In this document: positions 51,003-64,000 of the stretch, piece after piece
How positions within the stretch are numbered: the stretch's first letter is position 1
Layout of the letters: the number at the start of each line of letters is the position of its first letter
DNA from: Lama glama
Taxonomy: Eukaryota
Reading direction: 5' to 3'
NCBI GenBank assembly: GCA_028534125.1
Contig: CM052817.1
Location: 77,812,001 to 77,876,000 of the forward strand
DNA length: 64,000 bases
Notes under the pieces: model-generated
The model's input: the letters and a program-made list of their open reading frames with translations, nothing else
Database searches by the model: none
What the model was told of the DNA's origin: nothing
Position numbers and translations under genes: made by a program

Positions 51003-53689
51003 CTAATGGAGAAGAGAGATTATTACTAGTAGTAGTTTAATTCATTTAACCTTACTTCCACTATTTCCATTTTATAGCATGTTCCTTGTAATGGTTAAAA
51101 GAAAGAGAAACTGAGTCACTTGTTGTATAGAATTTCCCACATTCTGAAATTGGCTAATTGCATCCTTGTGGTGTTACTGTAGTCTTCCTCCTCATGCCCT
51201 GCAAATGGGGAGTTAAAGCTAGAGGCTTGATCAGACTCAGAGTTGATTCTCCCAGTGACAGTACTTCCCAGACAGTGCTGTCTACTGCCTCTGCACTGCA
51301 TCATGAAGGCACTTAACCAGTAGTTACACAAGTTTCTTGACAAGTACTGTCAGTGGATTCAGATGTCAGATCTCCTTTTAAAAGCTAAAATTATTTGGTC
51401 TTCAAATCAAGCAGAGTTTGGTAATCATCTGATTTCACAGTAAGTTTCCTCCCACTCTTGAATTTTCTGTTTGGTTTTCTGAGTGGCCAACCATGGTCAG
51501 CCTCCTCCCAGCAAAAGGATCTGCCTTTCATGACACAACCTTCCCGACCCTACTTCTCAGCCAGCCTCTGGACGCTCTCCTTTGAGAGGCTACCACCCTC
51601 GGGCAGCTCCGTGGATGACTTTCTGCAGTCAGGGTCCTCGGGAAGTAGTCATTAAATGTTGCTCTTTGATAAGATACCAGGTTGCCGTGTTCCTGTAACA
51701 CCCTACCAATTGAACCAGAGATGATTTTTACCCAATAGCCCCTGTCAAAGGAATGCTGACACAGGGCTTTTCAAAGAAAAAGTGATCAGCAGTGAAAAGC
51801 TGAGTTCAAAATTTATACTGCTCAGCTATGAATGTTTTACTGATATTTGCTTAATAACCTGTTTAACATTTGCTCAAATAACCTGCTTAAATAACCAACT
51901 AAAAAAGTCAACAGAAGAGCCAAGTGGTAGAAAAATAAACAGATGAGCAATATTTTACTAAATACCCTTAAATGTCCATCCACTTGGCTTTTCTGAGACG
52001 TGGTGAGTGCATCACCATGTTCACCCACGTGGGCGAAACACTTGCAGTGCTGGGTGAGAGAACCAGAAGGCTCCGGGTTCTGCCATTTAGTTGGATAAGT
52101 TACTCAAAACTCTTTGAACTTTGGTTTGCTCAGATTTAACATAAATGATGCTACCTACACCTCACTGGACTAAATAGTATAATGTGCTACTCAGCACAAG
52201 ACATGGCTCACAGCAGCCTTCATCAAAGTGATTTCCCTCACTCACAGAGCCTAAGACAGCCTAGACATCAGTATCCTTCCCCTAGAGCAGACCCCACCCC
52301 CATTCTCCATTTGATTTTGCAGCCTTGAGAAGATATACAGTCATGAAGGGGTGCCACCACTCTCCCTAACTAAGGCTCTTCCTGCTCTGACAGTCATACC
52401 TCTGTCATTTTAAAAGGAGAGAAGAAAGAAAGCAAATATAGTCTTAAAACCAGGAGGAGATTCTCTACATTAACATGTACAAATGTTTGTTTAAGACACA
52501 TGTTTATATAGGTTGAGTTGTTTTATGCAACCTGGTTTCCCTACTCTTAACCTGATTTTATTATTTCTAAAACTCTCCAAATGTGTTCAATTGCTCAGCT
52601 TTCATAAGAGGGGTGCTCTTAAGAAGAGTGCTCTATCCCTTGCTACAAAGCTGTATGTCCAGCTACTGTATGAGCATAAACAGAAAGCAGAGTAGACACT
52701 GAGTCCTGTACTTTTTTCAGGCTTAGTTGGACTTTTTGTAATGTACATTGTTTGGTGTTAGAGTTCATGTGGCCTCTGTGACCAATAAAAATATATGCAA
52801 TAGCTATGAAAAATAGGGGGACTATTAAACAAGCTAAATTTATAACCTTGCCTTTCCTGGCAAGATTTAAATTAATGTTTCCTCATGCTCAAATTAGGAT
52901 TTGAGTAGTAAAAAATAAAACTTTTGAAACATTGTGCTTATAAAATAACAATCATAACAATAAAAATGCTTTTTTAGTGGAAAGTAGAAATTCTATTCTG
53001 GCCCAAATATTTCCCAAATAAATAATACATTTTCTTCAAAGAAAGAAATATCAATGGGACAATATTGGAATGGTGGGGGAAAAATTGCAGGAGAGAAAAA
53101 GAAAAACAACACAACCATAAACATTCAGTCTGGTTCCAGTTGCAACCTAGGTCTAAAGCAGACTTGGAGAGTGAGCTTGCTATAGGGGTAGAAATGAGAA
53201 TTCATTTCTAACTGGAACCCTCAAGACCGGTTCAACCTAAGCCCAGAATAGAATCCAGTTCAATTCCATAACCCTGCTCCACTGGAGTTCTTCCATTCCA
53301 GATGTGCCTAAGTCATACAGTCATCTAACCACTTCCTGTGGGGGCCTGAGATGCTGACAAAACCCTGGGACAGGGAAGATGTGTTCCCAGGCTGTAAAAA
53401 GCTTGTGTTCTCATAAAACACACAGATATAGACACACATAATTTTATGTAGGAAGTGCTCTGGGGATACAGAGAAGGGAGCTGTCTATCTAGAGGAATTG
53501 AAAAAACAAAAACAAAAACTAAACCTTCCTAGAAGTGAGTCTCTGAGCTTGTTCCTGGGTGGGTATTGGGTGCCCACCTATGCTATCTCCCCCACCCCAC
53601 ATGGACAATTGGCTCTGTGTCAGGAGTTTGGTTTCAGGAGTAGAGATGTGAGCCAAGAGAAGACACTTGCAGGAAGAGAAGGGGCTCAC

Positions 53690-53878
53690 TGCTCCCTTGC
53701 TGGCTCCTGGCTGGGTGCCTGGGCTTCAGGATGAACTGGCCTTGAATCTCTGGGGACTCCTCCTGTAAGAGGAAGGCCTCCTGGAGGGTGGAAGGAGAGG
53801 TGGAGGCCTCTGGTCCCTGTGGCAGGAGCGCAGAAGCTGGAAGATGGCTCATGTTAATTCAATAGGGATGTTCATGCC
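53690..53878 (-). pseudogene. ARHGAP20-like exon (end of RA domain) with in-frame TGA
   Basis: ctccatacag|GG CAT GAA CAT CCC TAT TGA ATT AAC ATG...AGC A|gtgagc; GHEHPY*INMSHLPASALL...QGQFILKP vs recalled GHEYPYGIKMSHLRDSALL...QCQFILKP; 189 bp, phase 1 to 1. Confidence 0.87.
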
Positions 53879-55690
53879 CTGTATGGAGAAAAATCTAAAT
53901 ACAGATTCAGGCTGCTGGTGATGGGTGTGATTAAACCTACCTTACTGTGAGTGAGGGCACCACACTGATGTGGCTTTGGTTCTTCTGGGGCCTCTGGATA
54001 AAAAATATGTGTCTTCCGAGTGAGCATGTTGTGTGCTCTCATGAGGGACACCCTACAAAAAGCGGGTGCCCAAGCAAAAGAGTTTGAAAAGTAAAGAGAA
54101 AATGTTTTTAGACATGTTGCTTGGTTTAGAATGTATAGACCTGTCGGTGCATTGCACAGTGTTGACTTTTGTTGTGTTTCCATCTGAGGGTTTTAAAGGC
54201 CGTCTAGTTTCTGCCTTGACAAATTCACTAGATCTGTACATCTTAGGCAAATCACTTGTCTTACATTCCTCCTTTTAAACACTTACTCTCACATAGCCTG
54301 ATAAGGACCAGTGTAAATATATTAATAAACATCGATGCTTACTTTTTTTTAAATAATTGGACTATGTATGTTAATAATGGCAATGATCACTATTCTCTTA
54401 CACATATCAGTTCAACCAACAGATTTTTCATTTCCTTTTGTGAGTTCAATAGCCAGAGCTATTCAAGAGCAGTGGGGTGGTTTGGCTATGTTTCCCTCCC
54501 ACTGCTGCCTTCCCTTTGAGGGGGTCCTGCCAGAGAATGATCAGAGGCAAGGCTGCATGGTGTCTGAAACCCAGAAGCAAAGTGCAAAACAGTGTTTACG
54601 GAGTGGAAAACCACACCAGAAATCACCGGAAATTGCCTGCTAAGTGATTTGTTTTCTCTTTCATGCCTTAAATTGCTTCCTCCCCACAGGATTCTCAAAG
54701 ACCTTGTGCAGTGACATGGCTTTCATTTTTTAAGGATAGTATGAAAGGTCTTTTTCTTTCATTTCTGATTTATTACTGAATGTAACTTGGGGAGCTCTTG
54801 GTTTTGCTTTTCACCTGGTGTAAATGCAATGTCAGTGTTCTGTTCAGAACAAGAATCACAGTTCCTTCCTTCTTTCAAGACAAAGGAAGCTTCCATGACA
54901 GCAATAAAATACAACCAAACCGCCAGGATAACCAGAAGCTAGTCCACAATTGAGAATTGAGAGGATGTAAAAAATGCCCTCAGAATGACTGCTAATGCAA
55001 TCATCATGAATGACATGCTTTTAGGATTCCTTAGGACCTTAGCCATGGTGTGTGAAGCTGTTCTAAGCCTGAAAGTAGTCATCTACATGGTTTTATCTAA
55101 ATTAATGCATTTTTTAAAATAAATATATTTAAATATTCATTTTTTTCACTTAATTGCTGACTAACTTTTACAAAGATGTCAACATTAAAAAAAAAAGTGG
55201 GTGAGGGGTTTGTGTCCTCACCTATGTACTTAGTGACTTAATGTGTTCTAAGACTGGGAATATACATTTCTTAGAAAAAAATTGATTGTTTAGGTTTACC
55301 AGATCACTTGAAGACAGTCTTCAGATCACTTGAAAAAGAATAATAGCTTTGTAGGATGGTTGAATGGATTAGAAAAAAAAAAAGATAATGCATGTAAGAG
55401 GGAATGCTCCAAGATTTCTAGCAGAAATCATTGTTGCCATTACTATACTGCAAGTTCTGCTACAGATCCTGTCTTTTCTCTTATTTTATTTTCAATATTC
55501 TCTTATTTTCACCAACCACAATGAACAGATTTGCTCATCCAAGAATATTAGCTTACTTCCTCTAATAACTGTTTTAGGAGAAGTGAAGTGTAATCTATTT
55601 ATCAAAAACCTCAAGAGCAATGCTGGTAAACTCAGTCGGAGAAACAGCTAAGTACAAATGGTTTAGTCAATGAAGGCTTGAAGAGTCTGA

Positions 55691-57101
55691 CCTATGGTCA
55701 ATCAATCTTCAACAAAGGAGATGAGAATATACAATGGAGAAGAGACAGTCTCTTCAGCAAGTGGTGTTGGAAAAACTGGTCAGCAGCATGTAAATCAGCG
55801 AAGTTAGGACACTCCCTCACACCATACACAAAAATAAACTTAAAACGGCTTAAAGACTTAAACATAAGACAAGACACTATAAACCTCCTAGAAGAAAACA
55901 TAGGCAAAACATTCTCTGACATTAATCTTAACAATGTTATCCCAGGGCAATCTACCCAGGCAATAGAAATAAAAGCAAAATAAACAAATGGGACCTAGTT
56001 AAACTTACAAACTTTTGCACAGCAAAGGAAACCATAAGCAAAACAAAACAACAACCTACAGAATGGGAGAAAATATTTGCAAATGATGTGACTGACAAAG
56101 GTTTAATTTCCAGAATATATTAACAGCTCATACAACTTAATGATAAAACAGATAACCCAATCCAAAAATAGGCAAAATACTTAAACAAGCAATTCTCCAA
56201 TGAAAACATACAAATGGTCAATAGGCACATGAAAAAATGCTCAGTATTACTAATTATCAGAGAAATGCAAATCAAAACTATAATGAGGTTATCACCTCAC
56301 ATCAGTCAGAATGGCCATCATTCAAAAGTCCATAAATGATAAATGCTGGAGAGGGTGTGGAGAAAAGGGAACTCTCCTACACTGTTGGTGGAAATGCAGT
56401 TTGGTGCAGCCATTTTGGAAAACAGTATGGAGATTCCTCAAAAAACTAAAAATAGACTTACCATACGATCCCACAATCCCACTCCTGGGCATGTATCTAG
56501 AGGGAGCTCTAATTTGAAAGGATATATCCACCCCAGTATTCACAGTAGCACTATATACAACAGCCAAGACATGGAAACAACCTAAATGTCCATTGACAGA
56601 GGACTGAATAAAGGAGATGTGGTATATCTATACAATGGAATACTACTCAATGATAAAAAAGAATAAAATAATGCCATTTACAGCAACATGAATGGACCTA
56701 GAGATCATCATTCTAAGTGAAGTAAGCCAGAAAGAGAAAGAAAAATACCACATGATATCACTCATATATGGAATCTTAAAAAAAAAAAAAAGGAGGACGC
56801 TAATGAACTCATCTACAAAACAAACAGACTTGTAGACATAGTTAACAATCTTATGGTTACCAGGGGAAAGGGGGTGGGAAGGGATAAATCTGGGAGTTTG
56901 AGATTTGCAAATGTTACCACTATACATAAAAATAGATAAAAAATAAATTTCTGTATAGCACAGGGAACTATATTTAATATCGTCTAATAACTTTTAATGA
57001 AAAAGAATATGAAAATGAATATATACACACATACATGATTGGGACATTATGTTATACACCAGAAATTGACAAATCATAACTGTACTTCAATTAAAAAAAA
57101 A
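55691..57101 (+). mobile_element. 5'-truncated, relatively young LINE-1 (~1.4 kb), antisense within an ARHGAP20-like intron
   Basis: [49 protein letters not shown] motifs, 3'UTR, poly(A); TSD aagagtctga at 55681-55690 and 57108-57117. Confidence 0.93.
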
Positions 57102-57644
57102 GACCTAAAGAGTCTGAATGTGATTTTCTCATTTTCTTTATGATGCTGAGAGAAGTTTTGGACATAGAGCAGCTGTTAAATAAATATTTGTACTTGGATT
57201 CAGCAGCATGGCTAGATTTTAGAAGATTCTCATAAAATAGAGACTACTTACTAGTTAGGAAATGGAACAGAAGACTTGAAGACTGGAATATGAAAAATAA
57301 TGTATGAGTAAAAGAAATTCCAATTTTTGTTGTTTTCACACCCAAGTAGGTAAGTAAATGAGTAAATAAGCATATAAATAACATTTTTCAATATAGCTGT
57401 TTGTCAAGTAAAAAAAAGAGAAGAAAAATCCACATTTCTCTCCCTAACTAGACCATAAGCTGCTGAATGAAGAGATGTTATCCGCACCTGGAATAGAGTA
57501 AGTGCCTGGAATTATTGAATAAATGTATGAATGACTGTTGCACAAGATTTTCACTTTTAAGGACTGATTAACCATTACTTAGAGACTTTAGAGTTACAAT
57601 TTTAACCCCATCAGCCTCATCTTAGGTTTTCTCTGACACTTAAC

Positions 57645-57711
57645 CACTGAATGGGTATAAGGCCTCTTTCTTGCCAGAAATGACCTACAGCTGGTAATCT
57701 TTCTCAGAGCA
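57645..57711 (-). pseudogene. ARHGAP20-like RA-domain exon with premature stop and lost acceptor
   Basis: CSEKDYQL*VISGKKEALYPFS(G) vs recalled GSERDYQLWVNSGKEEAPYPLIG; TAG at 57687-57685; pyrimidine tract ends in AT (57713-57712), not AG; donor gttaag; 67 bp. Confidence 0.85.
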
Positions 57712-59930
57712 ATTGGAGACAAAAAACAAACAAAGAAAAAACCTGTGTGTCACTGCAAATATTTCACAGTAGGTACTTTAAGAGCACAGTTCCTTAGCAT
57801 TTCTGTATTTCCAAAAAGAAAGAATTTGGGCCCATATAAATGCTATTTGATCCAGGGAGTGGCTACAATTTTTGAGTTAACAATGCTGATATCAGCAATC
57901 CCCCTTGCAGCCTCCAAAGGACCATCCAAGATTCTTGCCCCTTTTGATAAAGGCTGAGAATCTGTAGAATCACAGTGCAATCAGTCCCTCTGTGGGTGGC
58001 CCATGGCATAAAAAAATCATGGTAATGCCTCTTCACTATGGAGAAGAAGTCTAATCTTGAGTTCTTTCTGCTGTCTCCAAACTCCTTGGAGAACACTGGC
58101 TTTTCCTTCAGATGTCCCTGCCCAGACAAGCATGTTGTCCAGAGAGCCACATACTCTGCCAAGACTATTCTTGACCAAGTAAAGCTTGAAAGGCTCATGC
58201 TCAGCAGCCATGAGCAAAAGGAGACTCATGCCCCAAAGTCCTTGAGGAGATGGCAGAGTAAAGTCATTTCACTGGCTTTGGTGCAGACAAGTCCCATGTG
58301 AGGGAGAGAGGGGACAAGGACTGTAACCTAGAGAATAAGTCAGGTGTACAAACAGTCTCTCGCAGCAGAATCGCTGCCTAGGATACTGGAAGTCCCACTT
58401 GAAACAAGTGTAAATTATAAAGACTGCTGCGTTATTTAAGAGTCTTCCAGGAGAGGATAAAACAAAAATGTTTGAAATAGAATTGTTTGTGATAGGTGCA
58501 ATGCTTGCCCTTGACTCCTGATTCCATGGAGGAGGCAGGATCCCAGGTATGGAATCAGACATACAGACACACACACACACAGCTAAAACTGCTCAAAATT
58601 ATATTGCGGATAAGGAGTGAGAGCTAATAAAAGTCTTTTCTTTTAAGGTGATGATTGGAAACACTATGTTGGAATCCCTTAAATCAGTCATACATATATA
58701 GGTAAATAATCCCAGTTCTTCATTAAAATAGAACATTTTTCTTATCTAGTGAGATTGATCACTTCAAGCAAAGGAACAGTATAAAAATAAAATAAATGAG
58801 CTCTATCATTAATCAATCTCCCCATCCTTATCCCTAAAACCATTTACTCTCTCTGAGATTTAATTTTTATTCAGGGCATATATATCATGTAGGTTAGAAA
58901 TCAGTGCAGAGGTATGCTTTACTTAGTGCATATAAACTCAATTTTATTTTAAATGTTTTATTAAATTTTATTTGTACAGAAATCATTCATTTCTTATACC
59001 AAATTCTGGTTCCCCTGAGTTTTTAAAGGACTTTATTATACCACTGAGTCAGACAAAACTTAAATGCAAATATTGTAATTATGTCATGTCACAACAGTAA
59101 GACATTTGCACATTCACAGAGAGTTTTATGTAAGGAGCTGTACTTCCTTCAGTTCTGTCCATCTGAATGTCAGTCTTCCTCACTTTTCCCTTATGCAACC
59201 TTATCCTCAAATATAGCCATCTCTTTCACCAAATAATTTCCCAACAACTCAGAACAACCCTAACAAAACATAAAGGAGCTAACACTTGAAAGCAAAACAG
59301 AATGAAAGTGATGGGTACACAAATGTCCCCAGATCCACAGTCTTATTCAGAACTTGTCTCCTTTACCAGTTCACAAAAGGCATTGGCCATCTCATTCTCA
59401 TGACCTGCATCAAGGGGATGTAGCTTCTAGCCAGGTGGTCTTTATGTCAAAATTTACAACAAAACACATCATTTAAGATTTATTCATACTGAGATGGAGT
59501 CCTCAGATGACAATCAGGATTAATGAGGATGGGATCAGAGGTATCAGGAAAGAAGTTACAGAAAAACAGTTCAATAGAGGAGGAAGTATTTAGAATCTTA
59601 TATTTTATTGTATATGTATATAATGTATACAATAAAAAGTCATGTTATTAGCACTCTAAAATTATAGCCTGAATTCATTATGCTATGACTTTCAATTCGC
59701 ACAAAATTTAAAATGGTAATACAAGAATAACACTATTGTATAGACTAATAATAGAGCTTTACTGTCTTTAATTTCTAAATTTCGGGAGACAAAATGTGAT
59801 TCACCAGTCTGTAGTAATCAGCTGTCTTATGATGGGAGGTACATTATACACACGCACACAAACACACACACACACACAAATCTGAAAAATCATAGTTGGG
59901 TTTTAACTAAAAATAACTTGCAGTTAACTT

Positions 59931-60008
59931 AGTCATTCCTAGCATTGGGAGTGACATGTTTATAACATCATTCACTGTGTCTGAATATGTGACTGTTATA
60001 GTTACAGA
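59931..60008 (-). pseudogene. ARHGAP20-like RA-domain exon, donor GT missing
   Basis: tttttacag|TCT GTA ACT...; SVTITVTYSDTVNDVINMSLPMLGMT vs recalled SKTITVMNSDTANEVINMSLPMLGIT; 78 bp; followed by aagtta instead of gtaagt. Confidence 0.85.
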
Positions 60009-61649
60009 CTGTAAAAAGTAAACAAGAAAAATTGCCAAAATTAAAACAGGTGAATAAATAATTATTATCAAATTATTATCTGTATTCTAAAGGCAAAGCT
60101 TGTATTCAGGCAGTGACAAAGTAAAGTGCATGTAGAGCACAACCCCCAACTGCAATTTATTTTCATTCCTTTATATAACGTTAAGCTAGCAGTAAGCATT
60201 TCAGTAAAACAGGTATTTCTCTCAAAGCATTTGTGGCACACAGAATATAACAACCTAAGCAAGAAAGAGAAAGGCTGAGAATTCCAAGAGGGCCCATGGG
60301 CTGGTCCTCAGCACCTCAAGGCTATTTCTATTAATGGAGGAAGGATAGTTTAAAAAGCAGGAGCTGGACCCTGTTCTCTCTTCCTGAGTTGCATTTTTGT
60401 AGTATGGCTTTATTTCCTTGTAATAATGTACTCAGTAAAGTTAGAAGAAGAACTGGCTATAAATAGACATTTTTTGAAAAAACTGCTATTTAGTGAGTAC
60501 TTTTTTTTTTCAGGTATCATGGTTACTAAGATTTACATTATTGAAATCTGTTGAATCAAGTAAATAAAACCAATGAATCTAGGAAATGAGATTGAAAATT
60601 TTACAAATTTAAGTTCCATTCTCAACTCTGCCAGTGAATAGGGTATTTATAATAGCTCTTTACCACACTTCACATTGAGAAACTGCTCCATAAAAATAGG
60701 AAGACAATTTACAGAAAATTACCTGAAAGAGGTTAACAGAATTGAGATAATACTTACCAAACTATCTGAATTATAAAAGACATTTTAAAATGAGGTGATA
60801 TACAGCCAAGAACATTTACTATGCACACAGGTTTTGTGGTATTATCAGACAGTGAGGCCAGTGTACACTGATAAACAGTGCTTAAAGAAGACAAACAGTG
60901 TAAGTGGACACTCACAGGCTTTAAAAATGATATTAAAAACAAAGTTAAAGGAGACCCTTTCATAATTCATTACTTGTCCTTCAACTGTGTTTTTCTTATG
61001 AATTCAGTTCAATTGCTTGATATATCAGATGGCCCTGAAAGTTGTTTCATAATCAGACTTTTAAACAAAAGTGTTTATTGATTTTAAACTACTGTAACAC
61101 TGAGGATTATGAAAAGGTGTTTTGGAAGCCAGCAGTATGGCTCCCAGCACCAAAACGCAGGGACTTTGGGGGCTTCCTATGCTAAATTGCCCAGGAGACT
61201 TCAAACACCGAGTTTTAGCTTGGGATATAATTAAAAGTAATGGTTCTCCTATTTTTTAATGTCTGAAAACACTTCAGTACAATTTAAAAACTCTCCCATC
61301 AAATGTTTTGTTTAAAAAAGTCTTTTGAAATACTAGTTATCACTCCCTAACTTATCTGGTCTGTAAGATAATGTTTTCCCCTGGCATTAGGAACATATTA
61401 TGTTCAAAATAGTAATTTCAGTGATATATGTATTTATTCTTGCATCTTACCAGTTCTAAAAGACAGATAAGTTCCAGTAGATAGAGGTTTTTTTTTAATA
61501 AATAAATAACTTTCAAAAAATATTTTCTCAAATAATTTGAAGAAATGAAAATGTGATCTTTCCCCCCATCTGAACTGACTTGATATATGAAGAAGCAGAA
61601 AAATGTGATCTATTCTCAAAAGTTTAGGTTAACCCCAAGATGATCTAGA

Positions 61650-62500
61650 TGTTCAAATTATTAGCCAAAAACATCACAATTATGATCAATAACATAAATG
61701 AAAATATGCTTGTAATAATAATACAGGAATCTCATCATAGAAATTGAAAATATGTAAAAATAGAATTTTGTTAATCTGAAAAATGTCTGAAAGGAAAATT
61801 TTACTGGATGAGCTAAATTGCATAATGGAGATGGCAAATGGAAGATTTGGTGATTTGGAAATAGATAATAGGAATTACCTAGTCTGAAGAAGAAAGAGGA
61901 GGAAAAAAGATAGAAAAAAAGTAACAGAGCCTGAGTGAACCTGTGGACAATACCAGATGGTCCAATGTATGTGTAACTGGACTCTGAGGAGAGATGAAAG
62001 AAAATAGGGAAGAAAAAATATTTGAGGTGATAATGACTAAAATTTCCCAGACTCGGTGAAAACATAAATTTACAAATTCAAGAAGTTAAGAAAATACAAA
62101 ACAGGATAGATTCAAAGAAGACCACACTTTGGCACTTCATAGCCATACTGCTAAAAACCAAAAATAAAGAGAAAATATTGAAAGCAACTGAAGAAAAATG
62201 ACAAATAACATACAGAAGATTAATGTTTCAGCACAGAATACTCAGAAAACATAGAGTCTAAAACACAGTGGAATATCTTTGAAGTGCTGAAAGGAAATAT
62301 TTGCAAACAAAATTCTGTATCTAGCAAAGATATCCTTTTGAGAGTGAAAATGAAATAGACATTTTCAGATTAAAAAAACTAAGAAAATCTGTTGGTACCA
62401 GATCTGCACAAGAAAAGCCAAGGAAAGTTTCTCCAGAATGAAATGAAGTAGTGCTAGAGGAAACTTGGATCTTCAGAAATGAAGAACATCAGAAATATTT
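61650..62500 (+). mobile_element. Old LINE-1 ORF1 region
   Basis: cagagcctgagtgaacctgtggacaatacc, aatttacaaattcaagaag, aaattctgtatctagcaaagatatcc ORF1-type motifs. Confidence 0.7.
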
Positions 62501-63049
62501 ATTTTGTATAAATTATACATAAATAAAATTAATTTAAAAAATCAAGGTGATTTTCCTTGAAAAATTCTGAATGTAACCCACTGCCACAAATCAAAGCTGG
62601 CAGAGTCAAGAGTGTATTTTGCTACAAGAGGACTGTCTAGTCTCATCTCCCTCAAGCACTGTTTATCTGGTGCTCAGAAACAGATGAGAATATTTGCATG
62701 GCTTTTACTGTTGGCCAGGAAAGAACTGTCTTAAACTATTTCTTTTTCTACCTTCAAAATACTATTTTGTGTGATTTAGAGCCACTGTCAACTATAGCAG
62801 ACAAAATTTCATTAAGAATACCCAGAAAATCATCACTGTAAATATTTTGGCTACTGCACTACACTTTTGGAAATCAAATTATATACAAATAACTTACAGT
62901 GTGATTTCCCTCCCCAAAAGCATGAGCAAAATGAGTAAGATATAAGCTGATCCTTTCAAAGTGTCATCCCTCTCAGCTCGATTTTATTTTGACATTCCTC
63001 AGAATGAAAGACCTTTCATAATTCTTCTGCATTTGACATAACTGGAAGC

Positions 63050-63430
63050 AATACCTATCCATTGTGTGGATCCTGTACAAGAATGGGGACATCATTGAGG
63101 TCAGCTGACAGAATGGGAACATGAATGGTAAATTAAAGTATTACACCAAAGTTAAATTTACTAAAGGTCATATCTGTCTGTCAGTTATATGAGAGAATAT
63201 CCTTATTCTTAAGACATACCTTAAGTGTTTCAGGATAAAAGGCCATGGTGTATATATGACCCTCAAAAATAGACATTCACATATATAGAGAAAGAGAGGG
63301 AGACAGAGAAAGAAATAAGGCAAAATGTTACTAAATAGGTAAATCTAGATAAAGGGTATATGGGGTGTTTTGTGATTTTTCTGTAAGTTTGTAATTACTC
63401 CAAATAAAACATTACAGGGGAAAAAAAAAA
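63050..63430 (+). mobile_element. Old LINE-1 3'UTR fragment (L1MC-like)
   Basis: gagaatatccttattcttaag...ggtaaatctagataaagggtatatggggtgttt...ctgtaagtttgtaattactccaaataaa followed by an A-tail. Confidence 0.6.
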
Positions 63431-63911
63431 TAAAAAACAACCCTATGGAAACAACCCAAACCACAATGTATGTAAGTAGCAACACTTAGGGGGAAAAAAA
63501 GTTTAATCCCAAGAGGAAATACCTGCTTGTAACAATCACTTTGTTACAACAAGCAACTATAATTACTATTAGAGGGATCCAGAGAAATACTATGGACACC
63601 TAACTGGCACTGTTCTTTCCATGCTTAAGCACTGTAGCTGTGGTGGATTCTTCTTGGTTTATGTTGCATGGGATTCACTTTTTATGTATAGAAAGACACA
63701 CATTTTTACAGCAAAATACATGTTCCCACAAAGTGCTTTCTAAATTCTCCTGTTCTTCTGTCTTTCTCCCTTCTACTCTCCCTGTCTCTCTCTTTCTCTG
63801 TCTCTATCTATCGATCGAGCTATCCATGCATCCATCTATCCCTACCTCTGTCACTTTCATTTTTCTAAGTCAGGAACGTGGAATTTAATTTTTGGTCCTA
63901 AAAGCACTCAC

Positions 63912-63996
63912 CCAGGCACAGTTCTTGATGTCCTCAGGGAAGGTTTTGAGGGGGATGAGTTTTGACTGGTCCTTCTCTTTGGCTAGATTGATATGC
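63912..63996 (-). CDS. ARHGAP20-like exon (end of PH region/start of RA)
   Basis: ttag|G CAT ATC AAT...TGT GCC TGG|gtgagt; (R)HINLAKEKDQSKLIPLKTFPEDIKNCAW vs recalled ARHGAP20 RYINLEKEKDYPKSIPLKIFAKDIGNCAY; 85 bp, phase 2 to 0. Confidence 0.85.
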
Positions 63997-64000
63997 CTAA

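Larger units (their letters stand above)
44026..63996 (-). pseudogene. ARHGAP20-like: Rho GTPase-activating protein 20-like paralogue (PH end/RA/RhoGAP), intron-containing, probably an unprocessed pseudogene; 5' end outside window
   Basis: Nine minus-strand exons (63912-63996, 59931-60008, 57645-57711, 53690-53878, 50827-51002, 49322-49483, 46305-46414, 45580-45769, 44026-44358) translate colinearly to peptides resembling ARHGAP20 as I recall it, with compatible phases (1390 nt in total). In-frame stops at 57685-57687 and 53859-53861 and three defective splice sites. Appears too divergent to be the orthologue (inference). Confidence 0.88.

Noticed and set aside
51116..51343. ttgcag|GG CAT GAG start mimicking the GHE exon (possible exon duplication)
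   Set aside because: Similarity ends after three codons, and adjacent sequence looks like an old DNA-transposon fragment.
57863..58301. Overlapping 70-111 aa ORFs inside an intron
   Set aside because: No recognisable homology or exon structure; consistent with chance ORFs.
60068..60262. Strong minus-strand acceptor (ctttcttgcttag) and 64-aa ORF as an additional ARHGAP20-like exon
   Set aside because: No similarity to ARHGAP20, and exons 63912 and 60008 already join in phase 0 without it.
1..64000. CRISPR arrays, operons or prokaryote-type systems
   Set aside because: Sequence is mammalian (L1/SINE/LTR content, spliceosomal introns); no regularly spaced repeats seen.

Overview
AT-rich, repeat-dense mammalian genomic DNA with two assembly gaps (8726-9225, 18854-18953). 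It is most likely camelid, judged from two vic-1-type tRNA-derived SINEs. The left ~43 kb is mostly LINE-1, L2, MIR, MaLR/ERVL LTR and hAT fragments with no recognisable gene. The right ~20 kb carries, on the minus strand, nine exons of an intron-containing, divergent paralogue of ARHGAP20 (end of PH region, RA domain, full RhoGAP domain, short new C-terminus); its 5' part lies beyond position 64000. The exon phases chain together correctly, but I count five inactivating lesions (two in-frame stops, three broken splice sites), so it looks like a duplicated pseudogene. Four of the five lesions lie upstream of an in-frame ATG, while the GAP exons remain stop-free. Other oddities: an isolated exact 25-bp direct repeat 11.9 kb apart, a 5'-inverted L1 nested in a MaLR internal region, and a short poly(A)-tailed 3'UTR-like insert. 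I found no convincing novel biological system. Family and protein identifications are from memory, not from searches.
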